Positions 53,403-64,000 of a DNA stretch of 64,000 nucleotides are shown here, one piece after another. This DNA is from Hypanus sabinus. Taxonomy: Eukaryota. Every line of letters begins with the position of its first letter. The stretch's first letter is position 1. The notes below the pieces were generated by a model. It saw only the letters and a list, made by a program, of their open reading frames with translations, had not been told where the DNA came from and searched no databases. The DNA is taken from the NCBI RefSeq assembly GCF_030144855.1, contig NC_082722.1, positions 26,970,001 through 27,034,000 on the forward strand, written 5' to 3'. The position numbers and the translations under genes are program-made.

Positions 53403-54109
53403 CTGTGAAAATATTTCAAAAGCATCGATTAATCAAGTGTCCATTGAGTTGAACAAATCGAATCAAAAATTGCAAAATAAATTAGTGATGCACTGATGTG
53501 TTATCGATTTTAGATTTCTGCCGTTTTACACGAAATTTATGTCAATAGTTTTTTTTCAAATTTTCTCTTTTTGATTCATATGGTATTTCAACTCCATAAG
53601 CGTGTATAATTATAAGCCTTTTTTTTCCATACTTAAAATGAAGTTTAACAAAATCGAGCTTGGATAGCCGGTAACTCCTTAAGGCAGAAGGTATAGAATA
53701 AAATATTTCGCTCTCTCAGAACACAAGCCTTTTTTTTGTGTTACATGGACTGATTACCGCAAACTGTTTAGTCTGTAGATTTCCCCGGAGTTTCCACAGT
53801 CACATCTGCAGACAGAACTCCAATTGCACACAGGCACTGTCACCAGTGGATGCCGCACAATTGACAGAATGAACATTGGCACTTTGTTCATTCATGTCCT
53901 TCTCTTACTGTTTTGTCACAGTTCGGTATTTCCATGATTAACACTAATGTTCGGTTGGTTCAGTGTTCCTCGGTTATTATCAGACACTTGTGTACATTAT
54001 GGAGTTGATAATGGAGTTGTAAAGGTCGGGCATTCCCAGTCTCATGCTTTTTAGAGTTTATTCGTTTGCAGATTACACAAGAAATTAAATTCGTAAAAGC
54101 GAGAGAAAA

Positions 54110-54595
54110 GATAAACTCGAAGGATTCTACAGATGCTGGGAATCGAAGAATAGAAAAAAATGTTAATGCAATTCATTAGGTAGGGCAGCATATATGAAGT
54201 TAAATAAACTGTCGATATCGAGACAGCAGAAGAAGGTGTCACATGCTGGAATAAGGTTGGGAAGGAATAAAATAGGAGACACTAGGTTGGTAAAAAAAAA
54301 GAGTGTGTGCATGATGGGGGATGGAATGACGTAGAAAATGGGAAATGGAAAAGTCTGCAGGAAGGAATTTGATAGGAGGAGAAAGTGAACCCTGGAAGAA
54401 ATCGAATAAGGAGGGGCACCAGTGTAGGTGATAGGCAGATGATGATAAGAGAAGAACTGAGAGGAAGCCGGAATTTGTAATAGCGAAAAAGAGAAGGAGA
54501 GTGATGAAATAAGTATCAAAAGTCAGAGATATCAATGTTCATGCGTTCAGTTTGGAATCCACCCAGATGGAAGAAAAATGTGATGATATTTCGAG
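54110..54595 (-). mobile_element. Penelope-like element 3' fragment
   Basis: Same family and orientation as 1840-2270 (ctacagatgctgggaatc..., ccacccagatggaa). Confidence 0.65.
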
Positions 54596-54667
54596 GGTGT
54601 TCAATCGTAAGTGGTACAGTGACAAAGGTCTGCAACTGTCTGTAAGATTAACCTTCCTTGTGATAAC

Positions 54668-54668
<1 letters not shown>

Positions 54669-54738
<70 letters not shown>
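54669..54738. repeat. (TA)n microsatellite
   Basis: Seen directly; another (TA)n(GATA)n lies at about 39688-39726. Confidence 1.
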
Positions 54739-54743
<5 letters not shown>

Positions 54744-56030
54744 GAATTGATTGATTGGGATGAGATTACGGAGCACCTGGAGGCATATGACAAGATAGGC
54801 CAAAGCCAGCATGGCTTTCGGAAAGCAATATCCTGCCTGACTAACCTGCTGGAATTTTTAAGGAAATTACGAGCAGCAGAGACAAAGCAGATGCAGTAGA
54901 AGTGGTGTACCTGGATTCTCAGAAGGCCTTTCACAAGGTGCCGCACAAGAAACTGCTCATCAAGATAAGAGCCCATGGAAGTTCAGAGGAGTTACTAGCA
55001 TGTGTAGAGCATTGGCTGATCGGCAGAAAACAGAGAGCGGAATGAAGGGATCATATTCTGGTTGGCTGCTGGTTACCAGTCGAATTGCACAGGGTTCGGT
55101 GTTGGGACCACTGCTTTTTACAATGCGTGTCAATGATTTGGTGCATGGGATTAATGGACATCAGCTAAATCTCCAAAGATAGGCGGAGGGTCTGGAAGTG
55201 TTAAAGAAAAAGAGAGCCTGCAGACAGATTTAAATTCTTTAGGGGAATGGACAAAAATGGCAAATTAAATATAATGTTGGAAATTGTATGGTCATGCCCA
55301 TTGGTGGAAGAAATAAACGTGCAGAATATTATCTAAGTGGGAAAACGATTCTGAATGCAGAGATGCAAAGTGACTTGGGAGCCCCTGTGCAGGAAAACCG
55401 AAAGGTGAGCCTCCAGCTTGAGTCGGTGGTGAAGAAGGCGAATGCATTATTGGCATTCATTTCTAGAGTTATGGAATATAAGAACAGAGTTGTGATGTTG
55501 AGGCTCTATGAGACACTCGTGAGACCATACTTGGAGTACTGTTTGTAGCATTGTGCTCCTTCTTTTAGAAAGGATATAATGACACTGGAGAGGGTTCAGA
55601 GACGTTTCACGAGAATGATTCCAGGAATGAAAGGTTTACTGTATGAGGCACGTCTGTCAGCTCTTGGGCTGTATTCCCTTGAGTTCAGGAGAATGAGGGG
55701 GGATCTCCTCAAAACATTCCGAATGTTAAAAGGCCTGATCAGTTTAAATATGACAAAGGTATTTCCCATGGCAGTGAAGTCCAGGACAAGAGGGCACGAC
55801 TTGAAGATTGAAGGACGTCCATTTACACAGAGATGAGGAGAAATTACTTTAGCCAAAGAGTGTTAAATATATGGAATTTGTTTCCATGAGTGGCTGTGAA
55901 GCCCAAGTCATTGGATGCATTTAAGGCAGAGATACAGAGGTTCTTGATTAGCCAGGGCGTCAAAGGGTATGGGGAGAAGGGAGAGAGTGGAGCCGACTGG
56001 AAGAATTGAATCTACCCAGGATCAAATGGC
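54735..56030 (+). mobile_element. CR1 RT and 3' end inside the receptor intron
   Basis: SQHGFRKAISCLTNLLEF, YETLVRPYLEYC, LERVQRRFTRMIPGMKGLLYE. Confidence 0.9.
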
Positions 56031-56109
56031 GGAACAGACTTGATCAGCCGAATGGCCTACTTCTGCTTGTGTATCTTAACGTCTTATTTTTTTTGTTTTG
56101 CCAGGTTCG

Positions 56110-56343
56110 GTATCGAACGGCTAGCATAATACAATTAAAGCAGCGGTAATCCAGGTTTACTTCCCGTGCCCAACTAAGTGGTGTGTTTCTAACTTTTCCC
56201 ATGACCGTTTGACTTGCTTTGGGCGCTCGGGTTTTCTCCCATATTCCAAAAACGTACGCGTAGTCGGCCAATTGGTCATATGAGTATAATTGTGCGGCGC
56301 GAACTGTTTCGGCCGGACGGCTAGTTTACAGTGTTATATCTCT
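56110..56343 (+). mobile_element. Decayed SINE (V-SINE/HE1-like core)
   Basis: gggcgctcgggttttctcccatattccaaaaacgtacg resembles the common fish/shark SINE core ggtgctccggtttcctcccacattccaaagacgtacg. Confidence 0.55.
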
Positions 56344-56497
56344 GAAGCAAATTCATATGCTGCTCATGCCAATCTCTCTGCTTTACCGGAGAATAGATAA
56401 TGCTCACTTCTTGATGTCGATCTTTGCGAAATCCTTTGGTCTCCCTCATATTTAGTGAAGCATAGGCAGTGGTGTGCTCAAGCGAAGCTTGTTCAGC
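56321..56497 (-). CDS. ITIM/ITSM terminal exon, cassette 1
   Basis: Acceptor tattctttcccaacag|. Phase 0 reads AEQASLEHT-TAYASL-NMRETKGFRKDRHQEVS-IIYSPV-KQRDWHEQHMNLLQRYNTVN*. An internal in-frame donor GAA|gtgagc lies at 56408/56407. Confidence 0.85.
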   Translation of the reverse strand, partial: AEQASLEHTTAYASLNMRETKGFRKDRHQEVSIIYSPVKQRDWHEQHMNLLQRYNTVN

Positions 56498-56919
56498 CTG
56501 TTGGGAAAGAATATATTTAATGTTGATAACTGATACAAAGGTCAGTGATCATGAAGTAAGTTTGCTTCGGAATATCTAATAATAGACAATGATTAAATTT
56601 GGTTGGAATAACATTTTGTCCGCGTATAATTATATTTTCCGTATATCATCCCGGAGGTGGGATACTATACCCATTTCAGAACGGACGTCGCTACGTTTAC
56701 TTTAGATTTCCAAACAACCACTTATAACCAGCCTATCAATCCTATGTGTTTCTCAGGTCTGGGCATCTCTTTTTGTCATATCACTCTCGCCCTTCCAAGT
56801 TTTGCGCATGGACTTTACCCCATACGTTTATCTTCTGCACCCTGTCTTGTAATTATTGTCATGAACAGATTTCGTTCCCGTGGTGCAGTTAGCATCTGTG
56901 ATTTTCAAACTCGCATTAC

Positions 56920-57012
56920 CTTGGTTATGGACATTAGTATAAATGGCAAGACCTGATGTATTGTTCCTATGGACATTGGTACAAATGGGAAGACCTGAAG
57001 TACTGTTCCAGC
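56920..57012 (-). CDS. Candidate 93-nt cytoplasmic exon with an internal 42-nt tandem duplication
   Basis: ctcggtttcccag|...CAAG|gtaatg. The phase-1 reading is GWN-STSGLPICTNVHRN-NTSGLAIYTNVHNQ; phase 0 is also open. Confidence 0.5.
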
Positions 57013-57626
57013 CTGGGAAACCGAGGTAGCAAATACGGGACGGGCATCTTGCCCGCTGTTGAGCTGATTGGTTTTGCTGGTGAATCAATTAAATTACAAT
57101 AGAAATAGGTAGAGCAGCTGTGTATGCTTGTTACAGTAAATCGTGAAAATATTTGTTTTGGCTGAAACAATAACAGAGGAATCCAGAGCAATAAATCAAC
57201 GGTAAATAATTTACCTTCAACGTTCCAGCTTCATCATAGACATTACTCTCAGAAACAGCCCTTCATTTCGGGAAGTGATACGAACGCCGATAGAAGTTTC
57301 AACGGAGTACTACCATAATAAAGCCAGTGTGATATGACGACCTTGTTTTGGTGATATAAAAAGTTGCTGCAGCAAATATCGTTACGCACGCATATAAAAT
57401 ATGCGCAAAAATTCGAAGGTGATTAATGGACCACAATAAGACGTTTCTAGTTCTATACAGATGGGTATACAACCGATAAAGGTTTAATGTATGATCTCAG
57501 GTGAAACCTGGAGGGGCAAGTTTAATAACATTGACCTACTAGAATTCTGAAGTCAAATAAAAAAGTAAAACACACAGTTGGTCAGGAAACACGAGAGCAA
57601 AGAGAAACATTTAACGTTTACGTTAC

Positions 57627-57648
57627 TTTCTGGAGAGGGGTGTTCAAT
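57627..57648 (-). CDS. Cytoplasmic micro-exon 2 (22 nt, phase 2-0), (R)LNTPLQK
   Basis: gagttgtcctttcag|ATTGAACACCCCTCTCCAGAAA|gtaacg; bridges the phase-2 end of the 19-nt exon to the phase-0 ITIM exons. Other candidates exist. Confidence 0.45.
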
Positions 57649-58412
57649 CTGAAAGGACAACTCTTTCTCTTTCTCAAGATGTCGTTAGAGATTTTTAATT
57701 TCTGGATTAAATCCAAAATGCGATATGACCACACATTTATAATTTTCAGAGCTTTCTTTCAAGGTTGAGGATGATAATCATTCAGCGTGGCTTCGTGGAG
57801 CAAAAGGCGCCTTGTGGAGTTTCGTTAACGTGGGTACCATTATGCGCCAGATAGTACACGGTTTATTGGTCATATATTCGATTTCATTGCAGATTGTGCA
57901 GTGCTGTGCCGATCTTTGTTGGGAATCGGGGTTCAAAACGACATATGACTTTCTAAAACAAGATTTCGTTGCATTTTCCATTTTGTTTACTCTGCGTTTA
58001 AATCAAATGTAACATATATAGCAAAATGATTCGTGCGTGTACTGTGTTTCGCCATTCACCACTATACCGTGATTCTCGTAAGCCGACATTTGACATCTAA
58101 AGCATCTCAGTCTTAGATTTATACTTAATTATTCGTCACACAAGGAATGATTAACAGCCTAACTTCCACAGGTATATATTACTGTTTATCTTAATACAAC
58201 CGGTAAATAGCTGGTGTGGAATCCTGAAAGACTATGGGAAGCATATTCAACGGGTATATTCAAATACATCTTGGATATTTACTTCTAAATAATGAGTTGT
58301 CGGGGAGTTTCATTCTTTCATATTGCGTTGCAAATGTTGGAACAAATTCAATGTATAATATATCTGCTAAATGTGTATGCCACTCTGAAAGAAGACGAGC
58401 CACTTCTCCTAC

Positions 58413-58431
58413 CGTGTCTTCATTCTGACAT
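58413..58431 (-). CDS. Cytoplasmic micro-exon 1 (19 nt, phase 1-2), DVRMKTR
   Basis: ttctttggacag|ATGTCAGAATGAAGACACG|gtagga; phase-compatible with the TM exon. Confidence 0.6.
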
Positions 58432-59091
58432 CTGTCCAAAGAACTTGTGTTAATCCCTTAGGAAATTAAAAAAAATGCATTGTAAACATTGGACGTTATT
58501 CGTTTGATATGAATCGAACTAATCACGTAAGAGGAAATGCTGAATTTACGGATCTTTTAGAAAAAATTTTGTGGTATCTGATTTCTTAATCCAGTGCATC
58601 AACATCATGGACCATGCTCAAGAGTCTTTGACTTCAAACGAAGTTGTAAAGTGATACTAGCATACGAGAGGCCGTACTACATTTAAATACTCTCGGTAAA
58701 ATTGAAATTAAAATGAAAGAGTCTTGCACGACTTCGTCAATGTTCGTTACACAGTCACAATAAGCATAGACCTAGTCGAAGTTGCTTACGCTTCAAAATA
58801 TTGATCTGCCATTGTATTGAAAGCGACGTGTGAAATACTCCAAAGATATATAACGGCATTAATGAACAACATACGGCCTGTAAATACAGCGAATGGAATG
58901 GTGAAATTATTGCATTTGTAGTTCTAGCTTCTATTGTGCCTGATGTTTATTTACGTCATCTGCTTCGAACATCTCAATCCCTGTCTAATTATGCTTTAAT
59001 TACATTTATTTATTTTTTTGGAAGTTCAATAAATTTACCGCATTATTTTGCACGAATACCGGTGATATTTTTCAGCGATCAGGGTCCTTAC

Positions 59092-59190
59092 CGTGAAATC
59101 TCTTCAACTTGACTTTCACCAAAACTATTATCAGAGCTAAAATTGCCGATCCGCCCACTGCACATGCCAGAATGAATTTAGTATCAGAGC
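59092..59190 (-). CDS. Transmembrane exon (99 nt, phase 1-1)
   Basis: Acceptor cttgttttcctctgttgattcacaag| and donor CACG|gtaagg. Encodes GSDTK-FILACAVGGSAILALIIVLV-KVKLKRFH: an uncharged hydrophobic helix plus a basic stop-transfer cluster, in frame with the C1 exon. Confidence 0.9.
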
Positions 59191-59802
59191 CTTGTGAATC
59201 AACAGAGGAAAACAAGAATCTGTGAAGCATTTTGCATCTAAAAACAATTGTACACATGGGAATCAAAAATGTAAAGTATTTTACAGGCTGCTTTCAAGTC
59301 TCACTGCACAATTTCGGAAAATATACGATAAGACAGGAACTGCAAATTACCACCTTTGTTATATCACGATGAGATATAGAGTTTAAGTTTTGGTTTGCCA
59401 CAATTTTGGCAAATATTCAGAAGTTCAGAAGTTTGCTACCTTACAAATACTGAACGCATTTAATTTCTTAATTCGTCCTACACGATTTAAACTAACGGAA
59501 AAGGGCGTTAGTTTTTGATCACCCTTCACATTGAATATTCACCGCCAATTACCAGTCATCAAAATTAGTCATTCTTCAGTGTTTGGGGTAGCTGTTCATT
59601 TGCTGTTCTTTCAAGGTCACATTGATCCCACCACTATGACGTCAGCGCTTCCAATTTGTATTGAGCGCAAAGAAACCTGAACATGCTTAAATCCGCAGTA
59701 ACACATAAAATCCTGGAAGAACTCCGCCGATCAGGCAAATCTAAAGTTCCGACATTAAAGGCCGAGACCAAACATCATTACTTCATCAAGACACCATCTT
59801 AC

Positions 59803-60096
59803 CTTGCTCCAGGATGTAGCTGAAACTGACAGGCATGGTGAGGGAGACATGCGACACCAGGCAGGTGAAAACATCTTTTCCCCAGGTAGACTGCGTGATT
59901 TCCAATAAACTAAAAGCTTCGTACAAGCCATTCACGCTTCGGTTTGACACACTCAGTATTTCAGTGCGAATTTGCTTGTTATTTCTTTGCCAAACGATTT
60001 CTAATTTCTCCGGGGAGAAGGTAGTCGTTTTACAAAGGAGCTTTTGAGGAGCCGAAGACCTTCCAACAGGAACAATTTCCAATGTAGTTGGAGGAC
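59803..60096 (-). CDS. Ig C1-set domain exon of a SIRP-like membrane receptor (294 nt, phase 1-1)
   Basis: Acceptor tttgtttttactcaag| and donor CAAG|gtaaga. Translation GPPTTLEIVPVGRSSAPQKLLCKTTTFSPEKLEIVWQRN...NGLYEAFSLLEITQSTWGKDVFTCLVSHVSLTMPVSFSYILEQ shows the C1 hallmarks: LxCxxxxFxP, C-strand Trp, xGxYxxxSxL and FxCxVxHxSL. Confidence 0.92.
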
Positions 60097-60639
60097 CTTG
60101 AGTAAAAACAAAGTTATATTTAGTATTTTCGATCCATTTCTAGCGGGGAACGCGCTGGACGGTAGCGCGATATTAATACACAGCAGCATCTCCGGACTCT
60201 GGATTAGGGATTGCCAAACGTTACGTGTTTTCTGGTGTAGTCTGTTTTGTCATATGGTTTTGTGATATCGTTCCTGGGAAACATTGTCTCATTTTTTTTT
60301 AACTGCATTGCAGTTGTGGTTTCTAAATGACAATAAACTGAATATAAATCTGAATCTGGATCTGAACTATCAAATTAGTTACCTACGAGTATTAATCAAT
60401 ATTTAATAAATTCTTTCCATTTCACGTTCAGTTTATTGTTGCTCAGCTATATACACACACAACCCTTAGCGAAATACTGTTTTTTTTTTCTGGGACCAAG
60501 TTGCAAAACACAGTACAGTGTATGTAGTCACACACAACACATCAAGTTACCAGACAGTCACAAAATAAGCAAAGTAAAAGTACAGTCACCTTGGGAGATA
60601 GATGAAAGGAAGAGTTCAGAGCGTATACCTCGACGGCGA

Positions 60640-63600
60640 AGATAAGAGGACCAAAATGAGGAACAGGTTCTCTTTTGAATGCTAGTTTAGCTTTTTTTGC
60701 ACAGTTGGGCTTGCTGTGGCCGTTAGCTTTGGAAAGCTGGCGACTTTTGGATTTTGCATTTTGTATCAAGACTGAGCTACAAAACCCAAAACATCACGGA
60801 ATTCTATAGTGCAAACATACATGGAGTTTAATATTCTGGTCGCTCAACTGCTTAGGAAGAGTTCCAGATCTTGGGGTCGAGCTTTCCAGTCATAAACATT
60901 CAGTAATGGAGCTTTCCCCGGAATGTTGTCCAAGTGAACCATGTACGGGAGACGTACATAGAGACTATACAACTAAGGTAAAACAGAAGCAATGCCATGG
61001 CCCACATACGGATTAGAACCTTGAGCTACAGAAGGCCACAGAACATGTCAAGGTGTCTCATCTGACCTCTTTGGAAGCTAGTGCAGCAATGTAAAGGGCC
61101 CGATAGAGGCATTCAAAATGTCCTCACTCGTGGGTGAGGTGTCGAAGGACTAATGTATAACTAACATTTTTAGACCATATGACTATTGCATATAGGAGCC
61201 GAATTAGGCCATTTGGCCCACCGTTTGCTCTGCCACTTCATCATGTCTAATATTTTCTTCTCAGCCCCAATCTCATGCCTTCTCCCCATAGCTGTTCATG
61301 CTCTAACAAATCAAGATTCTATCTCCTCTACATTAAATATTCATAAATATGTGGTATCCATAGCTGCCTGTGGGAAAGAAAAAAAAATCCACAGGTTCAC
61401 CACTCTCTAGTGATAGGCATTCCTCTTCAACTACTTTTTAAAAGGATGTCACTATATTCTGAGGCTCTATTTTTTTTTTCTCTGAATTCTAGTGAATATA
61501 GGCCCAGAGCCATAATACGCTCTAATTTGACTAGCTATGTAATTCTGGAATCATTGTACTGAACCTCATTTGAAACCTCTTCAGGTTCAGCACACCCGTT
61601 CCAAGATAAGGGGTCCAAATCCGCTCACAATGTGTCGTGGCGCCTCACCAGAGATTTATAAAGTCTCACCCTTGTAGTTACATTCTAGTCCTCTTGAAAT
61701 GAATGCTCTTATTGCATTTGCCTTCCTAAACAGAGACTCAACCTGCAAATTAACCTGTACGGAATACTGCACAAGGACTCCCAAATCCCTTTGCACCTCT
61801 ATGTTTTTGTATATTCTATCCGGATAGATAATAGTCAAAACGTTCATACCCTCTATCAAAGTGCATGACCACTCACCTCAACACTCTATTCCATCTGCCA
61901 TTTCTTTGCCTATTCTTCTAATCTGTCCAAGCCCTTCTTTAGCCTCTCTACTTCCCAGAAACTACCTGCTTATCCATCTATCTTCATATCGTTTGCACAC
62001 TTTGCAACAAAGCCATCAATTCTATAATCCACATTACTGACATATAACCTTAAAATAATCCGTCACAGCACAGATCTCTGTGGGACACCATTAGTCACAG
62101 GCAACCAACTAGAAAATGATGCCTTTATTTCCATTCTTTGTCTCTTACGAACCAGCCACTGCTTTATCTATCCTGGAATCATTCCTACAAAACTTTGGGC
62201 TCGTAGCCTGTTAAGCAGCCTTGTGAATTGTACCTTGTCAAAGGCCTCCTGAAAATCCAAGTACACAACAACCGATTCTAGCTATCTTGGTCGCAAGAAC
62301 AGGAACACAGATTATTATCTGAATGGTGAAAAATTATGAAGAGGGGACGTGCAACGAGACCTGGGTGTCATTGTACACCAGTCATTGAGGGTGGGCATGC
62401 AGGTACAGCAGGCGGTAAAAAAGGCAAATGGGATGTTGGCATTCATAGCAAAAGGATTCGAGTACAGGAGCAGGGAGGTTCTACTGCATTTGTACAGGCC
62501 TTGGTGAGACCGCACCTAGAGTATTGTGCGCAGCTTTTTTCCGCTAATCTGAGGAAAGACATTCTTGCCATAGAGGGAGTACAAATAAGTTTCACCAGAT
62601 TGATTCCTGGGATGGAAGGACTTTCATATGAAGAAAGACTGGATCGACTAAGCTTATACTCATTGGAATTTAAAAGATTGAAGGGGGATCTTATTGAAAC
62701 GTATATAATTCTAAAGGGATTGGACAGGCAAGATGCACAAAGATTGTTTCCGATGTTGGGGAAGTCCAGAATGAGGCGTCACAGTTTAAGAATAAAAGTG
62801 AAGCCTTTTAGGACCGAGATGAGGAAAAACTTCTTCACACAGAGAGTGGTGAATCTGTGGAATTATCTGCAACAGGAAACAGTTGAGGCTGGTTCATTGG
62901 CTATATTTAAGAGGAAGTTAGATACGGCCTTTGTGGCTAAAGGGATCAGGGGGTATGGAGAGAAAGCAGGTACAGAGTTGTAAGTTGGATGGTCAGCAAT
63001 GTTCATACTGAATCGCTGTACAGGCTCGATGGGCCGATAAGCCTACTCCTGCACCTATTTTCTATGTTTCTATGTTTATCTATCCTGCTTTTCATTCCTT
63101 CAAATAATTCAATCCGATTTCATTGGCGAGTTTCCCTTCAGGAAATCATGCTGAATATGGCGTGTTTTATTAGTTGCCTTTAAGTAACCTAAGGCCTGAC
63201 CCTTAATAACGTATTCCAACATCTTGTCAACCAGTGAGGTAGACTGACTGGACTACAGTTTCCCTTTTCTGTCTCTCAGCCTTCTTGAAGTGTGGAGTGA
63301 CATTTGCAATTTTCTAGTCTATCAGAACAATTCAAGTATCTAGTAATTCCTGAAATGCCTCCACAATTTCATCAGTAACTTTTATCTAAATTCCGGGATA
63401 TACATCATCTGGTCTAGGTGAATTAACTACCTCCAGTCCTTTCAGTTTCCCAAGAACTAGCTCTCTAATTATGTCTCGCAGTTTTGCTGTTTTTCAGTAT
63501 AGACCCTCGAAATAAGCCGGGATATTATAGACTAGCTGGTATTGCAGAAAAGTGGGTAATTTATTGGAAGATATTATAAAGAATGGGATATATAAATATA

Positions 63601-64000
63601 TAGATAGGCTGGGCTTTATTGGGAATAGACAACATTGTTTTTTGTCAGGTAGGCTTAACCAATCTTAATATGCTTTTCGTGTGTGTTACCATTGATCTTG
63701 ATGAAGGATAACGCTGGGTATGGTCAACATGGATTTTAGCAAGGGCTTTGGAACAGTTCTGCATGGGGCTGGTGGGCTGATCAAGTACGTTCGCTTGGCA
63801 TTCAGGATGAAGAATTAATTTGGATCTAACGGTGGCTTCGCGGGAGAAGCCAGAGTAAGGTAGTAGATGGTTGTTCTCTGAACGAAAGCATTTGACTAGT
63901 GCGGTGTCGCTATGAAAGCTCGAAGCGAGTTATGAACCAGGTGGGCTGAAAATGGCAGACAGAAATTAATGAAGGTAATTGTAAGCAGTTGCACGTTGAG
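60640..64000. mobile_element. Patchwork of CR1 fragments on both strands (clearest: plus 62270-63060, minus 61170-62270)
   Basis: ORF 62336-62983 VQALVRPHLEYCAQ...RLDRLSLYSLEFKRLKGDLIETY...KNFFTQRVVNLWN; other fragments are more degenerate. Confidence 0.85.

Noticed and set aside
53980-54030. Minus-strand DLYNSIINSIMYTSV* ITIM-like peptide
   Set aside because: No usable pyrimidine-rich AG acceptor precedes it; probably chance.
59803-60400. C1 exon as part of a rearranging Ig/TCR locus
   Set aside because: I saw no J segments or heptamer/nonamer RSS nearby. The TM lacks the conserved antigen-receptor motif or charged residues, and the tail is long and ITIM-bearing.
60640-61150. Possible V-domain exon (PGKAPLLNVY, NSMYVC motifs on the minus strand)
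   Set aside because: It has in-frame stops and no proper Cys-Trp-Cys spacing, and the plus strand reads as a degenerate CR1 RT.
1-64000. Prokaryotic systems (CRISPR array, operon, phage defence)
   Set aside because: There are no compact gene arrays or regularly spaced repeat-spacer units; the content is vertebrate LINEs, LTRs and spliced exons.

Overview
Eukaryotic, repeat-rich vertebrate DNA with two assembly gaps. There are no prokaryotic features such as operons, CRISPR arrays, rRNA or tRNA genes. The repeat landscape (abundant CR1, Rex1/Babar, Penelope-like and L1 elements) suggests a cartilaginous fish, probably a ray; this is inference, not a database result. Most of the window is decayed transposons: CR1, Rex1, L1, RTE/BovB-like, Penelope-like, Tc1, a Gmr1-type Gypsy LTR element and a TRIM-like non-autonomous LTR element, nested up to three deep. 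Almost every ORF in the supplied track is a transposon fragment or a chance ORF. The main host-gene signal is a spliced minus-strand gene at about 53.3-60.1 kb, which the ORF track shows only in part. It encodes an Ig C1-set domain, an uncharged transmembrane helix and a cytoplasmic tail, i.e. a SIRP-like inhibitory receptor whose leader/V exon(s) probably lie beyond the window end. It has two paralogous terminal exons, each with two ITIM/ITSM-type tyrosine motifs exactly 23 residues apart. Separately, 0.8-21 kb and about 51.5-52 kb hold diverged segmental duplicates carrying conserved plus-strand splice-flanked micro-exons. One is a Y-S-T-V stop-containing exon, suggesting relics of a second receptor-tail gene family that converges on the inhibitory gene. 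Exon models come from manual splice-site and phase reading and need RNA-seq confirmation.
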